A stretch of DNA of 63,205 nt, the filler included, from Pirum gemmata (lineage: Eukaryota), in assembly GCA_002812295.1 (NCBI GenBank). It is 27 parts of 27 records of this genome, joined end to end, with 100 filler letters (N's around TTAATTAATTAA, not from the genome) between each part and the next. Parts side by side here need not be neighbours in the genome. Positions count along the whole stretch, not along the records: positions 50,187 to 52,379 come from PDIN01007804.1; positions 52,480 to 54,663 come from PDIN01007805.1; positions 54,764 to 56,962 come from PDIN01007806.1; positions 57,063 to 59,004 come from PDIN01007807.1; positions 59,105 to 63,205 come from PDIN01007808.1; 22 more parts are not named here. One strand, given 5' to 3'. The position numbers and the translations under genes are program-made. This document shows, in pieces, positions 50,250-63,205 of the stretch (the first letter of the stretch is position 1; every line of letters begins with the position of its first letter). Under the pieces are notes generated by a model, which was not told the origin of the DNA, did no database searches, and worked only from the letters and a program-made list of their open reading frames with translations.

Positions 50250-52285
50250 TTATTCAAAATTATCATATAGGTGTGTATTTTTTTTTGTGGAACCGTAAAA
50301 AGCGGTGTCAGCAGCTTCCCCTAATCTGGTAAGCATATTGTTAATAATTCGTGTTGTACTCTCCGCAACGGTAAGCTCAGAATACTCCTTAATTGTGTTC
50401 CGTAAAGCTTCGTTTTCCGTTTTAATCTCGTCAGCCCAGCGCTGGACCATTGCTCGAGTTTCTTCTGTTACATCAGCTCTGAAATTTTCCAGTCCCTCGG
50501 CTAAAGTGGGTGGGTACTTGGTATCTTGTAACACCTTCTGTTGTCGGAGAATCGTCAGATCCGTGCCCTCTACAGCATGGTGAAGAAAGGTCTGGATAAA
50601 AGTCATTTCGTCTATGTTTTTTAAAGTCAAATCTTGCGTTTTCTTAACTTTAAAGGTAGCGCGTACAAAATCTTCGGATTTTCCTGTAATGTATTTCCAA
50701 AAATTAGTAAAACGAGTTACGAGTTCTTGGCCGAAACTCGATTCGCTTAGTGTGGTGATAACTTGCTTTACAAGGTCGCCTAATTTTGCTAAAGCTTTAA
50801 CTGGTAAAGAAGATTTAATGTATGCCTTAAACTTGTACATACTGTGGCTAATTGTTTTTGAATACTTTCTCATAATTCTTTGGAAGGAATTCTGTGTTTT
50901 AGCCAAAGCAGGGAGGCCTTTAAGTATTAGTTTAGACTGAAAGGGATCGAGAACAGGGTGACCGAAATAATTATTGAGTGAGTACAGATCATCATTTGCG
51001 AATCGAAGAAAATTATCTTCTTTCAGTTTCAGGAAAATAGTTTTATAAAATCTGCTGTAAGCTTGTACTGTACGAAATTTGTGACGACCGAGCTCCAAGG
51101 AGTTTTCTAAACCTTCTTTGAAACCAGCGTAAACACCACCCATATCTCTTTTCTTCATGCTGTTCATCAAATTTTCGTACATCTGTTTTCGAATTGTTGA
51201 TCCAGTCATGTAGTTTTTAGAGTAGGCTAGGTCTTTAGAATAAACATTGATTATCTCTAGAAACTCACCCACTGGCCGCAAGTGGTCTGTTTCCCAGGCT
51301 GCTACTTTTTTTAATCCTAGATTAGTAACCACCGCTTCAGGAAGATAATCCACTGTCATGTCTAAATTTCTGCTAAAAGAATTTATATCGTTTTGGGCTT
51401 TCAAAGATAGAGCAAAAATGGTCTCCAGATCAATAGTGGGTACAAACTTCCCCCCTAAATGATACATATTATTTGTCAGTACCGTTGCCCAACTTTCCAC
51501 AAAGATCTCTGAGGCAATTTTCGGATGTTCTTTTAATAAAATTTCAAAATGCATGTTGCTTTGGGTTTTCACGGCCACAAAGGACGCAGGGTTGGCTGCT
51601 TCTAATTTTTTAGTGGCTTGTTCTTGTATAAATTTTTTTGTTTTCTTGGATGATTGCTGGTATACCTTCAGGGCGATATCCTTATCTTTTTCAATCAAAG
51701 CATCAAAAAAACTACCTTTTTGTAAATAAAATCTACCATCGGCATCTGCTCGAGTTTTTTCGATTTCGCTTATTTTACTTTTGTCTAAGTATTGCTTCGC
51801 TAAATTATCCATTTCGTTAGTAGCATCTAAATGCTCTTCCATTTCCCTAGCGGCCAGTTCTTGTGCTCTGACATAAGCATTTTCTTTTTCAATAGGCTCA
51901 AACATCGACTTAACTTTTTTGGGATTTTCTGCCAGGAGAGTTTCAAAGTAAGTTTTAGTCCCTTTGGTTTGCTTCTGGTGATCACTTAAAAGAACTTCAG
52001 CGGCCTCGTCTAGACTCATTTTCTCTTTTCTCCGTAACTTAGAATAGTAAGTTCCCATTGTTTTATCATCTACCAGCTCACTGATAGTTTTCGTCCTCTT
52101 TTCTGCTTCCGTTACGATGGCAGTTTGAGCTGTGAATAATCGCTGTTGAGTATAAAACAACTTCTTACTATCCGCAATTTTTTCAGCATTGGTAACAATA
52201 GAAAGCAAATGATCTTTCACCAATTTGGGATCTTTTCGTGTGTATGCTAAAAAGTAATTTCCCTCTTGGTGTATTTGTTCCAGTT
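50250..52285 (-). CDS. Large exon of an unknown, predicted helical Lys/Glu-rich protein (~680 aa), 5'-partial
   Basis: 689-codon complex ORF, GC-richer than its flanks, acceptor tatgtag|AA at 52285; no family recognised. Confidence 0.8.
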
Positions 52286-52479
52286 CTACATAAACACATT
52301 TGAATAATAAAAACATCAAGATTAGTTACGATAAAAATATAATAATAAAATATAATAATAATAAATAATAATAATAAATNNNNNNNNNNNNNNNNNNNNN
52401 NNNNNNNNNNNNNNNNNNNNNNNTTAATTAATTAANNNNNNNNNNNNNNNNNNNNNNNNNNNNNNNNNNNNNNNNNNNN

Positions 52480-52513
<34 letters not shown>

Positions 52514-52758
52514 CAGATTAAATTGATTTGAGAAAAGAAAAATACTGGAAAAAAGAACAAACTCAAACCCCATGTCATAAAGCCAAATCAAAAAGGAAAT
52601 AATCAACTAGAATAAACGAAAAAAATACGTTATTATTTTTATTACGATAGAAACAAAAAAGAAACAGTAAAAAAACATAAGAAATACAAAGGATAAATAA
52701 ATATTTTTTTTATGTAGCAAAACGAGGTTAAACTAAACTAATTAAGGACAAGGTTTAC

Positions 52759-53683
52759 CGTATGACAGCTTTTCTTCCACTTTCTAGTAATTTTTCCAGA
52801 ATAAAAGAAGATGGGTGCGTAGAAGAGGCAACTAAGGTTTGTTTTTCCAACGATATTGTGTAGTCCTTAATTGCTTTTTTTTAAAAATAATAATATGTAA
52901 ATACTAAAAAACCATGTATAATGATAGCTAAAAGAGAATTTAACAAGCAAAAAAAAAGAAGCAAAAAAAAAAACAACCGTACGCAACCATATGTGTCATT
53001 GTATGGAACCAGATGAGGTTCTTTCGGAACTTTTCTATATTTTAATTTACCATATATATTACATACTCCCTTCCTTCCTTACCTACTTACTTACAAACAT
53101 ACAAATACACATATGCACACAATAAGATAGTTTGAAAAGGTTCGCCAAGGATATTGATTATCATAAACCTAAAACCCAAGGTATATGTTGTTGTAACAGT
53201 TTATATATATAGTAACTTACTTACTTACTTACACACATACTTGTATACTCACACACTTACATACACACATACACATACACACATACACACATACACACAT
53301 GCACACATAAATGCATATATACATATATACACCTATATATACACCTATATACATACCTATATACATACATACATACATACAAACGAACAACAAAAAACAA
53401 ACAAAAAAAAAAAACCTAAATCTTCCATTATTTTTGTAACAACTTCCACACAACTTTGACAAGTGAGTTGCACAGCAAATTCAACTTTGGTTTCGACAGA
53501 CATGACTATAAATAAATATAATAATAATAATAATAATAACCCACCTAAAACGCTATGACCACAAAATACAACAAAAGAATTAGGAGGATCTTTGGATTTC
53601 AGTGGGTTTAGTTTATTAAAGGGAGGCTCTTCAGAACTTTCACGGGTTGGTGCGGCACTGCGCTTTCTAGTTTTCACGGCCAT
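52759..53683 (-). CDS. CCS: Copper chaperone for superoxide dismutase, Atx1-like domain I (exons 53503-53416 and 52873-52759; possible upstream exon 53683-53545), 3'-partial
   Basis: KVEFAVQLTCQSCVEVV...ISLEKQTLVASSTHPSSFILEKLLESGRKAVIR closely follows the CCS domain I pattern (EFAVQMTCQSCV...TGRQAVL); canonical splice sites in phase. Confidence 0.82.
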
Positions 53684-54789
53684 TTTTATATATATATATA
53701 TAACTGTTATGTATTGTTGATTGTTGTTTGTTGAATGTTTACTGTTTATTATGAAATTTTATTGTGTATTGTTTATTATTTATTTTTTCTTAAAAAATTT
53801 AAGTATTTTATTAAAATTATTTACAAATTTACAAAGGGTTTCTTCAGTTTTTATCTCCCTTCCAAAAAAAACTGGAAAAAAAAACGAAAAAAACCCCTAA
53901 CTTGTAGCTATTAGTAGATTTCAGTCTTTCTTTAGAAAGAATAATTCATTAATGACGTCACTTTTTTTTTTGAAAATATCCTTTTTCGCGATTAAGTAGT
54001 AATCTGAAAGATTAGAAGAGGTGAGGTGGGGTCTGAGGTGTTTATGATGATGTCATTAATGAATCTTTAGAATATAGGAAATAAGAGATAAGAAAACTGA
54101 TAACAAAAAAATTTAAAATCACTAAGCCTTCTTTACAAGCTACAAGGGTACGCTCCAAAAATATCGTATATAATTATTGATATTTTATTACTAATGGTAT
54201 CCTATTAGGATTATCTAAAATATTAGCTTGTAACATAATATTATATAGATATTAATAACGTTATAAGTAGTAATTAAACTATTAATTCAAAATAGTACTA
54301 ATTATAAATTCTGGAAACAAGACCTAGAGTAATTACATTATTGTAAAAGTTCACTTCTATTTTTTTATCATTCACCATCATCATCATCATCATCATTCAT
54401 TCATCCATCATCATCATTAATTCATTCATCTATCATCAACAACATCTTCTTCATCAATAACAACAACATCATCAATAGATATCATTATCATCTTTATCGT
54501 TATCATCTTTATCATTATCTTTATCACTTTCATTTTCATTATCATTGTCATTATCATCATCATCATTATCACCAACGTTAACATTTTCATTTGTCATATC
54601 CATCATAATCATACACATACTCCTCCTCGTTTCCCCCATCTTTTCCTTCCCCCCCTTCCCCCCNNNNNNNNNNNNNNNNNNNNNNNNNNNNNNNNNNNNN
54701 NNNNNNNTTAATTAATTAANNNNNNNNNNNNNNNNNNNNNNNNNNNNNNNNNNNNNNNNNNNNCTACTTCTACTACTACAACTACAACT

Positions 54790-54840
<51 letters not shown>

Positions 54841-55280
54841 GCAACTACTACTACAACAACAACTACTACTACTACTACCACCACCACCACCATCACCACT
54901 ACCACTACCACTAGTACTAGTACTACCACTACCACTAGTACTAGTACTAGTACTACTACTAGTACTAGTACTACTACTACTACTACTACTACTATTATAA
55001 ACAGACTATATAAGTTGATAAAGAAAAAAATGCTGGGTGATTTGATGACCGAGAACTAAAACAGAACTTGCAGAAAATTTGAATCGCTTTGTGTAGTAAA
55101 AAAGATAAAACAGCTATGGTGATTGGTGAAAATTACTAGTGAAACTGTTTACAAATAAGTAATTTAATTTATTATTGGTGAAAACTAAGAGTATTTGTCT
55201 TTGTCAATTTCAAAATAAGCAATTTTATTGGTAAACGAAATTAGATTATCCATAAAAGCCATAAACGCTGCGAGGGAGAT

Positions 55281-55505
55281 AGGCCGCTCTCCCAATTCTG
55301 CTCAAACCCGAAAACTCGAATTTCTGGTGTCAAAATAAGCCAAAATTCAGCTCCGTTCGAAAAATATTTTTTTTCGTATTTTTCGGGTTTATTAATAAAT
55401 AAATATATTTGAATATTTAATTGTAAACTTCAACATTTCGAACTTATTAATTAATATATAGACTCGAAATATCGATTTTTAAACAGAGCAGAATTGGGAG
55501 AAGGC
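55281..55505. mobile_element. Putative MITE family D, TIR GGC(T)TCTCCCAATTCTGCTC; copies or ends at 55714, 56132, 57194-57384, 61076
   Basis: tctcccaattctgctc ... gagcagaattgggaga inverted ends in two full copies on different contigs. Confidence 0.7.
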
Positions 55506-56234
55506 TAGTAGTAGGAGAAGAGGGGAAAGCCTAGCTACCGGGAAAAATTATCAAATCGAGATTAGTTCGAAATTTTCGAAATTTTTCGATCTAATTTTTA
55601 GTATTGACTCACTTAGATAATTGTCATTATTTAATAATTCGAATCGAGCTGTTTGATTTGATTTTGTTTTCCCACATCTCTTAGACTAAATATCTCCTAA
55701 CCCTAACCCAACCAGGCTTCTCCCAATTTTGCCTTGTTTAAAAAAAATCGAGTTTTCGAGCCTATACATCAATTAAATATAAATAAGTAAAATAATGACC
55801 AAATATAGACATAAATAACTCAAATATGTCTATAATTATAAAAAGGTCCAAATATGAGCATAATATACTAAATATGACTATTCAAATATAATTATTTATT
55901 AAAAAACCCGAAAAATACGAAAAAAAAAATAATTTTCGAACAGGGCTGCATTTCGACTTTTTTTTTTTCGACAGCAAAAATTTGAGTTTTCAGTTTCAAA
56001 TATAAGTAATGTAATAGTATTTAAAATAGATTTGAAATTTTCGAACATAAAAATAAAGTAAAAAAAAAAAAGTAGGGCGTTTTTGCGCCATACTAAGTAC
56101 TAACCCTACTGATCAATGAGAGGCGAGTATTAGGTTTCTCCCAATTCTACTCTGTTTAAAAATCGATATTTCGAGTCTATATATTAATTAATAAGTTCGA
56201 AATATTTAAGTATTCAATCAAAGTGCTGTTTAGG

Positions 56235-56388
56235 GTCATTATTTAATTATATATTTACGTCATTATTTAATTATATATTTCCGTCATTATTTAATTATAT
56301 GCTTACGTCATTATTTAATTATATATTTACGTCATTATTTAATTATATATTTACGTCATTATTTAATTATATATTTACGTCATTATTT
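56235..56388. repeat. 24-bp minisatellite (cgtcattatttaattatatattta)n, ~6 copies
   Basis: Direct tandem copies. Confidence 0.9.
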
Positions 56389-56659
56389 CTATATCAGTTA
56401 CTACTACTTCTATATAAATAAAAGTTCACACAACTACTTTTAAAATACTACTTCTACTATGATACTATCATGTGATACTATAACTACTACTACCACTACT
56501 ACTTCTACTACTACTATAACTACTAATACCACTACTACCACTACTACCACTACTACCACTACTACTACCAACACCACCATCACCATCACCACCACCACCA
56601 ACACCACCACCACCACCATTAGTCGTTGTTAAATATTTATACATTAGAAAACACAATTA

Positions 56660-56962
56660 TTATGATATTTCTGAGCATAAAGAGTTCAAGTTAATAATGC
56701 TTTTTTTTAAAAAAAACATGTTTGTTCGTTGTAATTTTATTAATTTCACTATTATAATATTATAATTATATACACACATATCATACTAGTTAAAATTAAA
56801 AAATAAAAACATAAATGAAAAAATCACTTACGTTTCCTTCTTTAATCTTTTTGTGCCAATATCATCACTAATTGTTGTGCTAAACAAAGCAGTAAAGTCA
56901 ATTTTACTTAATACAGAGCTGGCAACCCTGCACCATTCAAGCTCACAATTATTATTATTATT
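56660..56962 (-). CDS. Possible last two exons of an unknown gene (56962-56832, 56699-56660)
   Basis: Open frame NNCELEWCRVASSVLSKIDFTALFSTTISDDIGTKRLKKE with a strong gtaagt donor; short in-phase terminal exon. Confidence 0.3.
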
Positions 56963-57428
56963 NNNNNNNNNNNNNNNNNNNNNNNNNNNNNNNNNNNNNN
57001 NNNNNNTTAATTAATTAANNNNNNNNNNNNNNNNNNNNNNNNNNNNNNNNNNNNNNNNNNNNCCTAACCCTAACCCTAACCCTAACCCTAACACTCCCAG
57101 CTCCCTATTCTATTCCCTAACCCTAACCAAGGTCACTCGAGGTCCTCGTGTCCTCGCTCAAGAGTGGCTTTTTGTTTGGGAGGATCGGTGACCAGGCTTC
57201 TCCCAATTCGGCTTTATTTAAAAAATCGAATTTTCGAGCCTATGCATTAATTAAATAAGTTCGAACATTTTAAGCTAGCAGTTAAGCATTCGAATATATT
57301 TATTTATAAACCCGAAAAAATGGAAAACAAATTTCGAACAGTGCTGAATTTCGGCTTGATTTTCGAGCAGAATTGGGAGAGGCTTATTGGTGACAGTGAT
57401 GGCAGGTTTTAGGCCAATGATAAGACTT

Positions 57429-57539
<111 letters not shown>

Positions 57540-57540
57540 N

Positions 57541-58250
57541 AGGGGTGGTCAGATGCTACTTTGACAAACAATTATGATTGATAGAAAGCCTTATCTGCAT
57601 CATAAAGTTAGTGGTTTAAGAGCTGCAGTTGATGATGAGGGGTGGTCAGATGCTACTTTGACAAACAATTATGATTGATAGAAAGCCTTATCTGCATCAT
57701 AAAGTTAGTGGTTTAAGAGCTGCAGTTGATGATGAGGGGTGGTCAGATGCTACTTTGACAAACAATTATGATTGATAGAAGGCCTTATCTGCACCATAAA
57801 GTTAGTGGTTTAAGAGCTGCAGTTGATGATGAGGGCTGGTCAGATGCTACTTTGACAAACAATTATGATTGATAGAAGGCCTTATCTGCACCATAAAGTT
57901 AGTGGTTTAAGAGCTGCAGTTGATTATGAGGGGTGGTCAGATGCTACTTTGACAAACAATTATGATTGATAGAAGGTCTTATCTGCACCATAAAGTTAGT
58001 GGTTTAAGAGCTGCAGTTGATGATGAGGGCTGGTCAGATGCTACTTTGACAAACAATTATAATTGATAGAATGCCTTATCTGCACCATAAAGTTAGTGGT
58101 TTAAGAGCTGCAGTTGATGATGAGGGCTGGTCAGATGCTACTTTGACAAACAATTATAATTGATAGAAGGCAGAGGCTAGAAGGCCTTATCTGCAACATA
58201 AAGTTAGTGGTTTAAGAGCTGCAGTTGATGATGAGGGGTGGTCAGATGCT
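57541..58250. repeat. Highly homogeneous 97-bp tandem repeat, 7 copies plus a partial copy
   Basis: Units start at 57541, 57638, 57735, 57832, 57929, 58026, 58123; the last has a 13-bp insertion; preceded by a ~110-nt poly-T and an n. Confidence 0.95.
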
Positions 58251-59699
58251 CGGTTCATACCACTAAGACTATCGATAAGTTGATATCCCGGTATGAGTCC
58301 CGTATGTATTGTTTACATTAATTTATTGTTTATTGTTTATTGTTTATTGTTTATTGTTTATTGTTTATTGTTTATTGTTTATTGTTTATTGTTTATTGTT
58401 TATTGTTTATTGTTTATTGTTTATTGTTTATTGTTTATTTATTGTCAATTATTATTGTTTATTGTTTATTGTTTATTATTTATTGTTTATTTATTGTCAA
58501 TTATTATTGTTTATTGTTTATTGTTTATTGTTGATTGTTGATTGTTGATTGTTTGTTGTTTATTGATTATTGTTTAAATTTATTGTTTATTGCTTATTGT
58601 TTATTGTTTATTGCAAATTGTTTATTGTTTGTTGTTTAATTTATTGTTTATTGCAAATTGTTTATTGTTTATTGTTTATTGCAAATTGTTTATTGTTTAT
58701 TGTTTATTGTTTATTGTTTATTGTTTATTGTTTATAAAAATTATTGCTTATTGTTTATTGTTTACTGCTTATTGTTTACCACTTATTGTTTATTGTTTAT
58801 TATTGATTGTTTATTGTTGTATTGTATTTACAAAAAACAAACCCAAAAACTGTTATGATATTAATAAAAGAAAATTTTTTGTTTTTTTTTTTTTTTTTTA
58901 GATAAGTCTATAACAATTAATAACGAACAAAAAGGATGAGTATGATTGGTGTTTACAAAAAAGTGTGAGAAAAAATGGGACTTCAGTCTTATCTTTGGTT
59001 GTAANNNNNNNNNNNNNNNNNNNNNNNNNNNNNNNNNNNNNNNNNNNNTTAATTAATTAANNNNNNNNNNNNNNNNNNNNNNNNNNNNNNNNNNNNNNNN
59101 NNNNTTCTTTTGTAAATGTTATCACATCATCATAATATATAAATGTATTATGTATTTCGGGGCTTTTGGGGTAAAAAAAAAAGAATTTTTTTTTCAAGTT
59201 TGCTGTTTGCGAGTTTGCTCCTTAGTATCATAATATTATTATTATCATAATTATGTCATAGGAGTTTGGACTTTGCTCAGGGAGCTCAGGAGTCGGGGAG
59301 TTTCCTCATTTTTTAAGCCTTTTCACTGTTTTCAGTGGTTGAATGGGAAAAAAAGTTATTACCATATACAGTAACTATAGTCTTTATTTAGTATTTTTAG
59401 ATGAATTTTTTTTTCGAGTTTGCTCATTAATTTTTCAAACCCAGATTTTAGGCCTTTTTAATGGGTGGGAAAAGTATTACCATATAAAGTAAAACTATAG
59501 TCTTTATTTAGTAATTTAAGTTATACTAGTACTAATTTTGGGGTTTCGAATGTAGATAATTTATTACCTGTCCTGTTTTTTTTTTTATATCATATCATAA
59601 ATATTATAATTAAAATCTCGAAAATAGTTCCGAGGCAATAGTAATAATTATAAACGTTAATTATAAACGTTAATTATAAACGTTAACGTATACATATTC

Positions 59700-60370
59700 A
59701 TACTACACCACTCATGATACTTGCGAAACAGGTCATTTGAATTAAGCAAAATAATTGATTATTCATGACAAAGATAAAATTAAGGATCAAGACGAATAAA
59801 CATTTGGTTCGGTTCATCTAATTCATTAACATTGTTCATAGCTTTGTCAAGAAATGTAAAACATTTAATATTATATATGGGCTTCATATTAATTTTGAAT
59901 CATGCTATTATATATATAGAAACGTATACATATAACTACACCACTTGCGAAACAGGTGATTTGATTTTAGAAAAAAAAATTAATTATTCATGTCAAAGAT
60001 AAAGTTAATGAACAAGATGAATAAGAATTTGGTTCGGTTCATCTTATTCATTAAAATATTAAGTTTAACATAGACTACACCACTTGATGCTTGCGAAATA
60101 GGTGATTTGAATTTAGTGACAAAGTTAAGAGTAATGAACAAGAGGAATATGCATTTGGTTTATTTAGTTCATTAACATTGACTTTTTCATGAAATGTATA
60201 TGCTATTATTTATGTAAATGTATACATCATAGACTACTCATTAATGCTTTCGAAACAGGTGATTTGAATTTAGTGACAAAGTTAAAGTTAATGAACAAGC
60301 GGAATTATGCATTTGGTTCAGTTCATCTTGTTCATTAACATTGACTTTGTAGTACAGCTTTATTATGGGC
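59700..60370. repeat. Degenerate 150-220 bp tandem repeat, 4 copies
   Basis: ctt(g/t)cgaaa(c/t)aggt(c/g)atttga...tgacaaag...ttggtt at about 59720, 59944, 60090 and 60247. Confidence 0.75.
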
Positions 60371-61371
60371 TTCATATTTGGATCATTAGAGATTAAAGTT
60401 TTAATCAATGATGGTAATAATGTTGATGAGGAGCCTGTTAGTTGTTTTTTTTTTTTTTTAAATAATAAACAAGCTAATAAATAATAATAATAAATAAATA
60501 AATAAATAAATGTCTATTTTCACGAATGTTTTCTATTGGTGTTCAGTCTTAGACAGTTCAGAGCCTTCTTTACTGAATCTTTGGTCAGAGTCTGAAAGAG
60601 AGTCCAGCCAGCCTCATTTGGTAAATACCAGCAAGCTCCATTTACCAATCATAAATTGAGGTATATTCCTACTCAAAGACTCAACTCAAAGTCTCACTCT
60701 CAGTCTCATTCTCAAAGACCCAGGCATTTTACGAAAAAACCCACACAGTAATATATGGAAATATTAACCAGTCTGTTACCTTTTTAACATATAAAGAAGC
60801 CATATATAGTTTAAAAGATCTTTTGGGGTTTTTTTGGAAATTATGTCTTATTATGGAAATATCTGCGAGACATGCATCTATAAAAGTATCTATAGCTATC
60901 TGGTCTCCATACCGAGTAGGAGTTAGTGACTGTTAGCGCATAGACTAGACCCCCCTAATACCCCTACCTATTAAACCCAAACCCTATATTTCCCCAAATC
61001 TACTATCATAGCTAGAAGTTTAGAACTAATATTAAGTAGTAGCTCTCTAGTTTTATCAGGGCAGACGATAAACAAAGCAGAATTGGGAGAAGCCTAGCTA
61101 GCTAGCTATCAAGGAATCATCCAGAAAAGACGTCACCTAATCTTACCTATGCCTCTTTGTCCAAAGCACTTTTGGTCATAATTTTAAAGTTCATTTTAAT
61201 AATTAAATTACTGCTTTTTTTTTTCAATTTTTAATCATAAATGTGTCTTTATTGAAGGTCCAGTTTATTATTAATTATATATATATTATATTAAATATAA
61301 TATAACCCACTAGTACCGCCACTACCACCACCANCAATAACAATAACAATAACAATAACAATAACAATAAC

Positions 61372-61407
<36 letters not shown>

Positions 61408-61648
61408 TTAACAATGTCAATTAAAAAAAATTATAACCAACCAAACAAATATTCGGAATGACAAAATAAAGATAAGCCAGAAGTCTGGGCTCCAACCCTG
61501 GTTAGACCTGCGGACCTACTAGCTAGAGAGTCTAGCTAGCTACCAAAAATTGAGCAAAAAATGAAATTATAACGATATGTTTTATTAGCTGTTTTATTAC
61601 TGTTTTATTTATATTTATGTTTTAGTCATTTACTGTTTTATTTATATT

Positions 61649-61824
61649 AGGAATCATCCATAAAGGACATCACCTAATCTTACCTATGCCTCTTTGTTCA
61701 TAACACTTTTGATCATAAGTTTAAAGTTCATTTTAATAATTAAACAACTATTAAACAGTTTAAATCACACTTTCGGGCAATGATTTCTATCAAAGAATAA
61801 GTGACGTCCTTTATGAATGTTCCC
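61649..61824. mobile_element. Putative MITE family E, TIR GG(G/A)A.CAT(T/C)CATAAAGGAC(G/A)TCAC; copies at 288-422, 32325-32371, 61093-61215
   Basis: ggaatcatccataaaggacatcac ... gtgacgtcctttatgaatgttccc; interior shared across three contigs. Confidence 0.7.
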
Positions 61825-62341
61825 ATTTTATAAGGAACAAGTGCAAACATGAGATCTACCCCCTCATGGTGCAACTGTTCATCGAAAGTACACAAACGAA
61901 ATGAAAATTAAATGAAAGTGTATATTTATTTATTTATTTATTTATAATCTACTTCTTCAAGAATCAAAATCCTTCCTTTTATAAATCTCACTAAATCACT
62001 ACTAAAATACTTCTAAAATATTAAATCTCTTTGATAGTTTTCATGGTTATCATATATATAGACTTGCCTTCCAATAGTCGATCAAATCCATTTCTACACT
62101 ATTTCTACAGTCATTTTTTTAAATCAACAACAAGTATCGATACTTCGTTTATATCATAAAATTGTTTGGGGCACAATAAAAATCATTTAAAATCAGTTTA
62201 CAATAGAAACAACAACGTGATAATAATAATAATAATAATAATAATAATTTATTATATATGGCTACAAAGTAGAGATTTAAAAAAACATGGACGAAACAAA
62301 CAGCCAATATTAATACTTTACTAAAGTACAGATATTAACAG

Positions 62342-62420
<79 letters not shown>

Positions 62421-62450
62421 AAGTAGTAGAAGTAGTAGTAGTAGTAGTAT

Positions 62451-62506
<56 letters not shown>

Positions 62507-62633
62507 GTAGTAGTAATTGTAGTAGTAGTACTAGCTAGTACTATTAATTGTAATAGCAATAATAGTAATATTAATAGTAGTTAGTAGTAGTAACTATAGT
62601 AGTAGTAGTAGTAGTAGTAGTAGTAGCAGTAGC

Positions 62634-62668
<35 letters not shown>

Positions 62669-62867
62669 GAGTAGCAGTAGTAGTAGTAGGAGTAGNNNNN
62701 NNNNNNNNNNNNNNNNNNNNNNNNNNNNNNNNNNNNNNNNNNNNNNNNNNNNNNNNNNNNNNNNNNNNNNNNNNNNNNNNNNNNNNNNNNNNNNNNNNNN
62801 NNNNNNNNNNNNNNNNNNNNNNNNNNNNNNNNNNNNNNNNNNNNNNNNNNNNNNNNNNNNNNNNNNN

Positions 62868-62902
<35 letters not shown>

Positions 62903-62923
62903 GAGTAGCAGTAGTAGTAGTAG

Positions 62924-62996
<73 letters not shown>

Positions 62997-63205
62997 CGTC
63001 GTCGTGGTCGTGGTCGTGGTCGTACGAGTATTTATAAGTCTCGCTAAAAACCCCTTACGGCTCACTCGTAGTTAGTTCAAAGGAGGGAAGGTAGATGACA
63101 ACGTCACTAGGTCGGATTGAGTGAGCCCTTCGATCTAAACATCTTCAACTCGATACCATTAGAAAGAGAAGGCCTAACCCTAACCCTAACCCTAACCCTA
63201 ACCCT

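Noticed and set aside
18373..53683. Apparent metal/detox gene cluster (Cu-ATPase, ABCB, GST-kappa-like, CCS)
   Set aside because: The genes lie on separate concatenated contigs, so proximity carries no linkage information.
57541..58250. Tandem C/D-box snoRNA cluster
   Set aside because: TGATGA and CTGA lie on opposite strands; the minus-strand C-like box is ATGGTGC in most copies.

Overview
This is not one locus. It is a pseudo-scaffold of about 27 short contigs (mostly ~2.2 kb) joined by a 100-bp artificial linker (N44-TTAATTAATTAA-N44), so genes on different contigs are not neighbours. The DNA comes from a very AT-rich, microsatellite-rich eukaryote with GT-AG introns, the standard code, poly-Asn/Gln tracts and abundant interstitial TTAGGG arrays, including inside introns. 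A unicellular opisthokont such as an ichthyosporean is plausible but cannot be determined here. Recognisable gene pieces: the N-terminal half of an ABCB/P-glycoprotein transporter; a probable Cu P1B-ATPase N-terminus with a Cys-rich 19-aa tandem repeat; CCS domain I; a secreted purple-acid-phosphatase-type enzyme with two unusual Cys/Trp modules; an intron-containing DsbA/HCCA-isomerase (GST-kappa family) gene; a multi-C2 gene; several orphan ORFs. Mobile DNA: a Ty3/gypsy integrase with chromodomain, hairpin array, PPT and LTR start; two LINE RT relics; a DDE_Tnp_4 relic; several MITE families. The most notable leads are a C-terminal tandem ITIM/ITSM-like motif pair, the repeat-spacer hairpin array behind the integrase, a four-fold duplicated exon cassette, and possible transposon-excision footprints throughout.
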